NCBI GenBank assembly: GCA_026025795.1
Contig: JAPEUG010000129.1
Location: 1 to 39,474 of the forward strand
Reading direction: 5' to 3'
DNA from: Thelocarpon superellum
Taxonomy: Eukaryota
DNA: 39,474 bases
Under the pieces are notes generated by a model. That model did not search any database. It had not been told where the DNA came from and was given only the letters and a program-made list of their open reading frames with translations. Both the position numbers and the translations under genes were made by a program. Positions 1 through 10,168 of the stretch are shown here, in pieces (position 1 is the first letter of the stretch; every line of letters begins with the position of its first letter).

Positions 1-1164
1 CACGCCATCCCGTCGATACGCCCGTCGAGACGGAGTGTCGGCGGACGGGTGGGGGCGCGAACATCCTAACAAGTGCCAAGTGCGAGCACCAAAATCGCAA
101 GAGGAGGATCGCGTGGACGATGTTGGTGGTGGCTCCGCGCAAATGAAACCAACGGTCGAGCTACGCGACTCACTTGACTCACGTGTCTTACTTGTCTCGG
201 TGAGGTCGCCCGGTCGCACGCGAGGGGAAGAATCAGTGGAGAGCTGCCCACCTACTAGGCTGTCCCGCCGTGCGGTCTGGAGGCCTCCAGACCGTACTGG
301 TATGTTAATAGTATCATCACCAGCACGGGAGTCAAATTGCAGAAGCCCTTTGCGTCTTGGGGCGCGCTCTCTGCGACCGAAGACAACGATGCTGTGTAAC
401 AGCAGAGAATCCCCTAGACGAGGGTATCTACCTAGGAACCCACGAACAAGGGGAGACCCCGATCACGTATGCTTGTGTTCTGCTACTGAGGGCCGTCATA
501 CCGAGCGCTAGGGGTATGCGCAGACTCGTGTCCGGCAGTTGCAAGAGTCGCGAGTCCGAGTCGTTGTGGCGGGCTTGGTCCCGGTGCCTGGTCACCGGAT
601 CGCCACGCGCCGTCACGAGGCCGAACACGCAGCAATGTGACGTCGGAACATCAACTCCCTATGCTCACTGCCCCTGTCCCTCTCGGCGTAATGTCGCTCA
701 AACACGACGTCTTCTCCCACCTTGGGCAGTGGATAGCCACCGCTGCCCCGGTTGGGTGCACCTGCCAGTGGGCCAAGTACCGTAGCCAATCGAACGATGC
801 GTTAGACGGCATCTGACTGCCTACGCCGCCCTCCTGGATCACCAAGACACATCATCCATCGCTCGTCCAGTGCAACGACGACCTCCACATATCCTTATTC
901 TTCCTTGACCCGACGCGCCCCGCTCAATGAAACAGGCTTGCACGGCCGCAAATCTAACGGCTGCGTGAGTGAGCAGAGCCTCGCCAAATGGAGGGCCCAC
1001 AGAATACCGCCGCCACAAATGGCCAGGAGCCGGTCCGTGGTGAGAGCACGGTGCGGAGTCGGTGGTGGAAGCCGGTCTTCCGAACCCCGAGACAGGAGCT
1101 GCCCAAGATTCCAAGTGGCGGTAGTGATGAGACCGGCACGGAGAAGGGGAGAAGCACGTGGAGC

Positions 1165-3370
1165 ATGGGCATTCTGAACGACCCGACTACAGATGAGGTG
1201 CCAGGTGTGTTGGCGTCAATTGGCCGCGTCCTCGGGCCGGGACAAGGGAGAACCGGGCTGATCACGTCATGCCATCGCAGGCTCCGTGCTCCTGCTTTCG
1301 TCCTCGCATCATAATGAGCCGCTCGGTCTCCACCATCAGCCGGCGCGAACGTCAGCCTCGTCCCTCCCGTCGTCATATGTCCTCCCTTCCCCCGCATTAT
1401 CCCGCCAGGTGGAGGACAAGAAGAAAACCGCCGATGGCCTGATCATCTTGGACCCACAACCGGACGAATCCTTGAACGACCCCTTGAACTGGCCGGCGTT
1501 GAAACGGGACGTGGCCCTGTTGTCCCTTGGCTTCTACTGCATGGTCGGCGGCGGGATGACCCCGATCCTGGCCGCAGGCTTCACCGATGTCGCTCAAACC
1601 TACGGCGTCTCCATTCCCCAGGTGGCACGGACCACGGGCCTCTATATGCTGGGCCTTGGCCTTGGCTCTGTCATCTCGTCGCCCACGGCAATCCTGTATG
1701 GGAAGCGGCCCGTCTACCTCGTAGGCATCGCCTGTTTCTGCGTCAGCGCGGTCTGGTGCGCGGCCTCGCCGAGCTACATCTCCTTGGTGCTGGCGCGCAT
1801 CGTCCAGGGCATTGCCGTGAGCCCGTGCGAGAGTCTGCCGTCGGCAACCATTGCCGAGATCTTCTTTCTGCACGAGCGGGCCTATCGCGTGGGCGTCTAC
1901 ACGCTCTTGTTGCTCGGCGGCAAGAACTTGATTCCCCTGGTCAGCGCGGCCATCATCGAGGGTCTCGGCTGGCGCTGGGTCTTCTGGATCGTGGCCATGG
2001 TCGTGGCGTTGTGCTTTGTGCTGCTGTTTTTGTTCGTGCCCGAGACCTTCTGGGACCGGACCCCGCGGCCCAAACATCGGCACAGTGGCGCCGGGGGAGC
2101 GCGAACACTTTCGGCCATTTTTGGACACAGCCCACTCACCCCACCTCCCACCAACCAGAAGCACGAAACGTCCAGTGCGCACGATGACGTGGGCAAGGTG
2201 ATCGACAACTACTCCTTGGATGACCCGGCGCCCGGGAGCCTCGCGCATCGTCGACAGCACAAGGAGTCGCACGTGGGATGGGTAGATGGGAAACCAGCCA
2301 ACGAAGGTGATGGCCCCACTGCGGAGACGATAACCAAGGCGCCTGCCAAGGAGTCCGACCCGACAACTCGCATGTCCACTCGCATCGAAGGTGTCGTGGC
2401 AGATGGTGCGGGGCCAAGGCACGCTGGCCCCTCTTCACCCACCTCATCGTATCCGCCGACCGCCCGGGGGCCCAGCCATGTATCTGACGAGGAAAAAGGA
2501 GAGAGGCATGACACCGCGACCGAGGATTCGACCCACCCGGCGGAACAGAAGCCGGACGCCGGGCGCGTACCGCCCAGACCAAGACCAGTGCGGTACACGA
2601 CGCATCTGAAGACTCAGCCACCACGGAGCTTCCTGCAGAGCCTCAAGCCCTGGAACGGGCGATTGCGTGAGGACCCGTGGCTGCGCGTCGCCATTCGACC
2701 CTTTATTCTCTACGCCTACCCCGCGGTGCTCTGGAGCACGCTGGTCTACTCCTTGAGCATCGGCTGGCTCATCGTGCTTTCGGAAACGGTGGCGACCATC
2801 TACCGGAGCCCGCCGTATAACTTCACGGCGCTTGGGGCTGGTCTCGTCTACGTCTCGCCCTTCATCGGCGGCGTGCTGGGAACCGCGGTGGCGGGCAAGG
2901 TGTCGGATGTCATCGTACGCTTCCTGAGCCAGCGCAACGGCGGCCTGTACGAACCCGAATTCCGGCTGGTCATGGCGATCCCCGTGGCCATCACCACCTG
3001 CATCGGCTTGATGGGCTTCGGATGGTCGGCACAAGAGCAGGATCGGTGGATCGTTCCCACCGTCTTCTTCGGCGTCATCAGTTTTGGCTGTTCGCTTGGC
3101 AGCACGACGGCCATCACTTTCTGCGTCGATAGCTATCGGCAGTATGCGGGCGAAGCCTTGGTGACGCTTAACTTTTCCAAGAACGTCTTCCACGGTCTCG
3201 TCTTCTCGCTCTTCTTCAATATCTGGCTGGAAGCCGACGGATCGAAGGCCGTTTTCTTGGCCATTGGCGGCATCCAGCTCGGTTGCCTGCTCACCACCAT
3301 TCCCATGTACATCTACGGGAAACGCGCGCGGATGTGGACCGTGAGGCGGAACCTCATGGAGAATTTTTGA
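1165..3370 (+). CDS. MFS transporter (DHA1/HOL1-like), ~709 aa; exons 1165-1204, 1281-3370
   Basis: ATG at 1165 (MGILNDPTTDEVPG). Intron 1205-1280 (GTGTGT...GCTGAT...CAG) joins in frame to the 1286..3370 ORF. Motifs DPLNW, YGKRPVYL, IAEIFFLHERA, GWRWVFW and PEFRL; two hydrophobic halves separated by a long loop. Confidence 0.92.
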
Positions 3371-3998
3371 CGCGCTGCTGGGGCATGGAAGGGCGACAGG
3401 CGATCAGCGGAGGGCGTCAGATTGTGCAAAGCGCCGAACGGTCCGGTAGAGCATTTCCTCGTAACACCTTGCCCTATCCAGCACTACCTAGCTCTCCCTA
3501 GCATGGACACTGTATTCCAAAGTACTCCCACTTTCACTCATGACGCTTGTCTGAGTCAGGAACCAAGCGTCTAGCACGTCCCGGCCAGGAGGCTGACGGT
3601 CGCTGGCGGATTAGCCGCGTACGAGGTCAGGATGACACACTGATGCTCGAGTGGGCCAGGCAGCGAGAATGAGGAGTGGCGAGCGAAGGCGTCATAGCAG
3701 ATGGTCCAGCATCGGTAGGACCAGCGACTTGCTAGTGCCCAAGTTGCATTGATTGGTGCATAGTTGCGGTGGGATGTGGATAAGGATGTGATGATGGCTG
3801 GTGCTGCGTCTCCTAGGAGCGTGACTAAGTAGTGCTGGAGTACTTGTAGTAGCACCACCTCTGGTGGAGGTAGCTCCTGCAGGTCCTCGTAGGTAGAAGA
3901 ACCTGCTGTGCCGTGCGTCCTGGCTGAGGACGAGCACGGCGGTGGATGGGTCGGCGTGGCAGCGCTGAGGTAGAGTCCGGCGTTGTATAACATAGAAG

Positions 3999-4088
3999 TG
4001 TAGGAGCGCGCACGTGACCTGGTCACGTGCCCACTCCTATTACTATCCCGACTACACGTAGATTAGCAATTCAGCTCTGATGCCTACA
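3999..4088. mobile_element. 90-bp non-autonomous element (solo-LTR/TRIM- or MITE-like), copy 1
   Basis: Termini TGTAGG...CCTACA (inverted). GAAG flanks both sides (3995-3998, 4089-4092). Differs from the reverse complement of 9621-9711 by 6 substitutions and 1 indel. Internal dyad GCACGTGACC-T-GGTCACGTGC at 4010-4030. Confidence 0.8.
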
Positions 4089-5051
4089 GAAGTTACTCGT
4101 GCTCTTGCTCTTACTCGTACTACGAGTAAGTATACGAGCAACTGCTATGAAAGACAGGTGCGAGCGCTCGTATCTCCAACGACCCGAAAATACTCGTAGC
4201 TGTCCCACCTGCCCCATTTCGGTCCTAGGCAGCCTCACCCACGGCTCTGCACAAGAAGAAGACTCTGCCGAGCCCCGGATCTCCCAGGAATGACTGCCGC
4301 CCAGCGAAGTGGTGGTCCGTAGGCCGCTGGTTACCAATCCGCGGGGGTCCTTGGGCTCCAGGCTGCGGGCTAAGGCTGCGAAACGTTGGAGCTACCTCTT
4401 CATCCCACGCACCAATTGACAAAGAAGCCTGGATCGCTCGGTTTAGTACCACCAAGCGCCAAGCCACCGGATGCTCCCCGCGCCCGGCGAGCCGTAGTGC
4501 CCGGACGTGGACCCTCGTGTAGGAGGACCGCCTCATGATTGGCAGGTCGACGACTTCGTCGGCGCCGCCACTAAGGTCATCGCATCGCTGTTTACGCGAT
4601 CTTGAAGTCATCCTTCCGAGCGCCGGTTATCCTGCAAGCATCCATCAAGGTAGGTCGTTACACCCTGTCTGCCCCACCCCGCCACGGGTGCCCGAGTCCG
4701 CTCGACCCAGACGCTCCACGGCACGTGCTGGACATGATGCGGTCCGAGGGCTTGTTGCGCCCTCCGGCCTCCGGCCGGCGGCGTGAGCTCCACTCGTTGC
4801 GAGAGCACGAGGTGCTATTTGTTGGTCAACAGGCCAGGGCGAGGAAGAATCTTGTTCCGGTTGAGGATCGACCCGGCGAGGTATGAGAACGTCACAGCCG
4901 TTGTGGGAGCTTCCCCGCACAGACGCAGGAAGGAGTACTTGACCGAGCCGCTCGGCCTTCTGGTCTATGGGAATTGATCGCCGTCATCCGGGAGCTTCCT
5001 CGCCCAGACCCTTCGACATCCATCCGTCATTGATTGCTTCATTTTCTCATC

Positions 5052-6820
5052 ATGCCTAGCCTGCTCACTTGCTTGGCGCTCGTCGGCCTGAGCACCGCGT
5101 CGGCAGCGATCAAGCGACAGGCCGTTGTGCACACCACATTCTCCACAACAACGGTGACGGCAGGTTGTTGCAGCTCGAGCTTAAGCGTGACTTCTTCTGT
5201 GCCAGATTACTTCCAAACCAGTCCCGAAGTATTCGCAGGTTCGATGCCGATGTCCTGCCTCTGATGAGATCATGGCCAACTGATCGCCGCGGCAGGTCCG
5301 ACAAAAACGGGATCCGCCCCATTCTTGGCCGAGACCAACCCGGCACCATTCAATGAGCAATACTCATTTATCGCCAATGCCCCGCTGGAGACAGCTATCC
5401 CGATCACGGGTAACACACAGAATAAGAGCATCTTCCAACTGGTTGGCCAATTGAGCTCCTATTTCCCTAATCCCGACGGCTTTGGCGCCCTGGAGTACCC
5501 ACTCCCTGCCGGCGCCAACATTTCCCAAGTTCACACCCTCCATCGACACGGCGCTCGGTATCCCACCACTGGAAGCAATGTTCAAGCCTTCGCGAGCCGC
5601 ATCGCCGCGGCCAAGGGCAAGTTCAACGCAACTGGCCCCCTTGGCTTCCTAAACACGTGGACCTACCAGCTGGGGGCTGAGATCTTGGTTCCTCGCGGAC
5701 GTCAAGAGTATGTCATTCCGCCGCCAAACTCCCCTGGCATTGCTGATGGACGGGTAGGCTATTCGACTCCGGCGTCCTCCATTACTACAACTACGGCAAA
5801 CTGTACAATCCTGCCACCAAGATCATTGCCCGCACCACGACGCAGGACCGTATGCTCAAGAGCGCGGAATATTTCATGGCGGGATTCTTCGGTCTGGACT
5901 GGACCAAGAATGCCTCGCTCGAAGTCATCATCGAAAACCCTGGCTACAACAACAGCCTGGCTGGCTATAACCAGTGCAACAATTCGAACCTACCTGTCAG
6001 CGAAGGCGGCAACAATGCCACCTTAGCCTGGGAAGCTGTCTACCTGAACAACGCCACGGCGCGTTTCCAGAGCATGATCAAGGGATACAATTGGACTCTC
6101 ACCGACACCTACGCTGCGCAGACCATGTGCCCGTACGAGGAAGTGGCGTTTGGCTATTCCGCCTGGTGCGGTCTCTTCACCTACGCGGAATGGCTCGGCT
6201 TCGAATATTCCATCGACCTCAACTTCAACGGAAACGATGGCTTCGCTTCGCCGGCGGGTCGCGCCGTCGGCATTGGCTACCAGCAGGAGATCCTGGCGCG
6301 CCTCCAGAATCATACGTTGACCACTCCCAACACCCAAGACAACATCACCCTCGATAACAACACCACGACCTTTCCCCTGAACCAGACCCTCTACTTTGAC
6401 TTCTCGCATGATACCAACATCATGTCCATCCTTACCGCCTTTGGCCTGACGCAGTTCCGCGAGAATCTTCCTGAGACGGCTATCCCCGCCTCGCGCAACC
6501 TAATCGTGTCACACCTGGAGCCATTTGGCGCCCGCCTCAACATCGAGATCATCAAGACGCCGCAGCCCGTCCCGGCGAATCGGTCCACGAACTACGTCGC
6601 GGGGCCGCCGACGACCTATGTTCACTTCATCCTCAACCAGCGCACGCTCCCGCTGAATGTCAGCTTCCCCACGTGCGGGAACCGTGTGGACGGCTGGTGC
6701 GAGCTCAACACCTTCATCAGCACCCAGGCCAACGCCCTGTCGCTGGCAAACTACAACTTCGCCTGCAACGGCAAGTACCCTGCCGTGCCCTATGGCAACG
6801 TCACCAATGGCGCTCCGTAG
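5052..6820 (+). CDS. Secreted histidine acid phosphatase / 3-phytase, ~553 aa; exons 5052-5238, 5296-5707, 5758-6820
   Basis: Signal peptide MPSLLTCLALVGLSTASA; catalytic RHGARYP and HD (FSHDTN) motifs; many N-x-S/T sites. Introns 5239-5295 and 5708-5757 restore one frame (FAG|PTKTG; RQE|LFDSG). Confidence 0.93.
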
Positions 6821-7359
6821 ACCGCTTCTGCTCTGCACACGCTCATTATTCACTGCCATGGCCACCCGCCTCCGCGCCGTAATTCCGCCTGCCTCTGGAG
6901 TCCTCCATGATATATTCCTCCCCTGACGCTGCCGCTAAAGCCCGAGGCCATTGCCTTCTAATGAACGAGCCGTGTCCAATCCCGGCTACGTCTCTCTTTG
7001 ACCACGGCGCTCCTTACGTACATACGAGTAAATAATAGATCGCGCGCCGGCTCTGCGCCCATGCACCTCCGTTGTCTGACATTGGTCGTGCCAGCAAGCT
7101 TAGTAGGAAAGGAAAGCACGGAGCTTCTGTGTGATGTCACGAAAATAAACGAGCTGAATTGAAATTCCTTATTCCCGCATCCGTGCGTTCCTGCCTATAT
7201 CACGTCGTTGTGTACTCATGGCCAGCCAACCATACCCACACGTGTGTCGCGTCCAATGACGTCCGAGACCTCTCCGTCTAGATGTCGCTATGCCACGCTA
7301 TGCAATGAATGATGAGAAATCTCCGAAGGATAACAAACGCGAACGTAGGGTCGCTGGTG

Positions 7360-8106
7360 TCAGGGCAGCAGCGGGTCGCATTCCTTCTCGTCGAGATGCG
7401 GAGTGCTTTCGGACTTAGAGGGAGGTGCTGACGCGGTGGGTGCGAGGTGGATCGGTCCGCTTGACGGACAGCAGATGGATCCGGTCCTGTGGAGACGGGA
7501 TCTAGTCAGTTCCGACATGACGGGAGGCTGGTTCCGCAACCGACATGACGGGAGGCTGGTTCCGCAAACAACGTACTTGGTCAGGAACTTGAACGCCAGC
7601 TCGATCATGGCCGTCATGGCCACGAATCCCAAAACCAAGCCCACCACCAACAGTTGCAGCGCCTTGTGGGGCGGAGACCATGCGCCGAGGTGGTCCAGCT
7701 CGCGCTGACAGGCAAGCATGGGCAAGATGCCAAGCTCTTGCAGCGCCGCCACGGCGGCCGTCGGCGCCGCCGCGTCGGGATTGTGCAGGGTCAAGGACGG
7801 GATCGGGATGCGTAGTCGAGGGGTTCGAGAGAGGGCCATGAGTTGAAAGGTCGTCAACGGTCGCTCGTTCCACATGATCTTGGTGGGAATCGGTCGTGGC
7901 TCTTCGGGGTCGTCCGCCGTACTGACCACGGTAGGTTCAGACTCTGGTGTGAAGTGGATGGCGACGGGTCGGTGGTTGAAGAGCGCGTGGAGTTGTGCCG
8001 GCGACAGACTGGACGAGACCCGACGACATATGGAGGAGATGGGTGCGGCGGATGCGGGAGTGACCAGCAGGACGCCGAGCGCGAGGGCGAGGCACGGCAG
8101 CTTCAT
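7360..8106 (-). CDS. Small secreted / type I membrane protein of unknown function, ~218 aa; exons 8106-7577, 7486-7360
   Basis: Signal peptide MKLPCLALALGVLLVTPASA from ATG 8106; TM helix LLVVGLVLGFVAMTAMIELAF; intron 7576-7487 (GTACGT...CTGAC...CAG). Confidence 0.65.
   Translation of the reverse strand: MKLPCLALALGVLLVTPASAAPISSICRRVSSSLSPAQLHALFNHRPVAIHFTPESEPTVVSTADDPEEPRPIPTKIMWNERPLTTFQLMALSRTPRLRIPIPSLTLHNPDAAAPTAAVAALQELGILPMLACQRELDHLGAWSPPHKALQLLVVGLVLGFVAMTAMIELAFKFLTKYVVCGTSLPSCRLRNQPPVMSELTRSRLHRTGSICCPSSGPIHLAPTASAPPSKSESTPHLDEKECDPLLP
7512..7567. repeat. Perfect 28-bp tandem duplication inside an intron
   Basis: CCGACATGACGGGAGGCTGGTTCCGCAA at 7512-7539 and 7540-7567. Confidence 0.95.
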
Positions 8107-9620
8107 GGCTGACGTCGAAGCGCGGCAGCGGGCCGACGAGAGAGTCGACTCGACCGACGGAGAGGCTCTACATGTAGGCACGAGCACAACGGTCAGCATA
8201 GCCATACATATACGAAGGCACAACATGACACAATCGCGTCGTACAATGGGCGCAGTGGCTGCACGTACTAGGGGGCCTGCACGCCTGACTATGCACGTAG
8301 CATCGACGGGCAACTTCTGGGCGTGAGCGCTTGGCGAGTCGCGGGTCGCGATGGCGGAGCAGGCATTCGTGACACTCAGGCAGGTTGACACTCGACGATG
8401 GGGGAAGGGGAGACGGTTTTAAAAGGACCCTCCAAACCTCCACAGCAACGCGCAGGCCAATTCAAGGTCAGCGGGCCAGACCGGTCCGACCAAAGGACGC
8501 ATAGCGCAGGTCCTGGCCCATATATTGCTCGCCCAACACGCCCGTGACGCCGCACCTATTAGGCGGTCGACGCAAATTACTCTTGACCGGCTGGTCCGGG
8601 TATTGCGTGCTATGGGGTGCGGGCGTGGCGGATCTGCGTGCACCGGCACTGGCTCTTAGTGGCGTGCACGTGTGGCGGTCGACTCGCGGGGCATTGCACC
8701 CGAACCTTGAGCCACACCAGCGAGCCCTATGGCGAGCCTGCGTTGAGCCAGGTGCCTCGCTCGGATCTACCTGCGCCAAGTCTCCTGCCAAGCCTGGAGG
8801 GGCCTCAGAGAAGTTCATCGGCCGCAATGATGATAATAAAGCACTGTGGCAAGTGGGCGCGGGGGCCGTCTCTTCAAGTTGGCCCCCGCGCCTTCCTAAA
8901 CAAGTCGCGCTCTGCCATGGGTCAATCATGCAGCGTCGCTTCGTGCCTTGCCGATGCCTGATGGCTCTTACTACGGGGACCGAGAACCTAGTAGGTAAGG
9001 TGAGGAGCGAGGAGAGGAGCGCGGCTCTACTCGTACCATCCTCGTACAGTTGTCAGATAGTAGTGTCGCGTGCTCGCCCTCCTCGTCCGCGCCGATCCTA
9101 CCATTGGTTCCGTGGACGTGTTCAGGTCGTGTTCGTGCCGCCATTGGTCGACGAGAGCTGCGTGAGGCCCTCCCCGCCTTTTCCACGCGGTGCGCCCGTG
9201 GAGGCTCCGCTTCGAGGTAATGCGAGTACGCGGGTTCTACGCGTCTGGCTTACGAAGCTGGGGAGTCCGGCGTCCCAAAGGCCGTCTTTTCCAAGTTCCC
9301 TAGACCATTCCGCTAGGACGGAGATCCCCCCAATGTGAATCGGTTTCCTGCACCGCAATCCCGGAGGAAGGGCAGAAAGGCGCTGACAATAATGCGAGGT
9401 TGCCAAGGCTAGATTGGTCCGGTGCGCATCTTCTATGCGTTCAGCCGGCGGGCTCCTAGCGGAAAGGTAGGGTGGTGCCGTATCTTGGGGGCTCCTCACA
9501 GTGGACCATCCCAAGCCTCATGGTATTCTCGGCCCGCAAGCGGACGGAAATAGGATTACAGTGCTGCTACGTTTGAGTCGCTGTGGCGGTGTAGAATAGC
9601 ATTGAGTACTATGTTAGTAG

Positions 9621-9711
9621 TGTAGGAATCAGAGCTGAATTGCTAATCTACGAGTAGTCTGGGATAGTAATAAGGGTGGGCACGTGACCAGATCACGTGC
9701 GCTCTCCTACA
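9621..9711. mobile_element. 91-bp non-autonomous element, copy 2 (opposite orientation to copy 1)
   Basis: Termini TGTAGGA...TCCTACA. GTAG flanks both sides (9617-9620, 9712-9715). About 92% identical to 3999-4088. Confidence 0.8.
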
Positions 9712-10168
9712 GTAGTAGTATGTCGGGTTCGTCGTAGGCGAAGGTGTACCCTGGAGTCGCTTGGGCACCTTTTGGCCCCATGGACGATCTGACATGGGCA
9801 AAGAGGCTCATCACGCCCATTGGTTGAACAGGCCATTGACACGGTAGCCAAGAGTCCTCGAAGATAGCACGAGGGTCGCCAGAAGTATCTTGGAAAGAGA
9901 AACCAGCCGATGGGCTCATGGGCTCATGGTGCCTCAATGACGGGCGTGGATATAACCCAACATAAACTACTATGTTAGTAGTAGTCGGGGCACCTCCGAG
10001 GTAGAAGAAGGGCCGTGGTTGATGACATAATCATACGAGGTTCGATGTGATTCTCATTTGGCCCCGTGCTGTTGACGCAGAAGGACGAGGTTCAGGCTCT
10101 CGTCTTAGTAGTCACGGCACATCCTGCCAAGACTGATGGAATCACGATGACCAGCAGCCCCCCGGAAC

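Noticed and set aside
1..1160. Several 60-160 aa ORFs and TpA-rich patches upstream of the MFS gene
   Set aside because: No recognisable domain, splice structure or repeat ends. It may be decayed sequence, but I cannot support a call.
1397..3193. Long antisense ORFs (341 and 249 aa) over the MFS gene, and similar ones over TOK1, the septin and others
   Set aside because: Expected shadows of GC-rich codon usage on the coding strand.
8468..9514. ORFs of 114-264 aa between the small TM gene and GPI2
   Set aside because: Arg/Pro/Ala-rich GC-driven frames, mostly with non-ATG starts and no motifs; consistent with divergent promoter DNA.
3999..9711. Inverted element copies as the ends of a composite transposon carrying the phytase
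   Set aside because: Each copy has its own distinct TSD (GAAG vs GTAG) and the outer flanks do not match, which indicates independent insertions.
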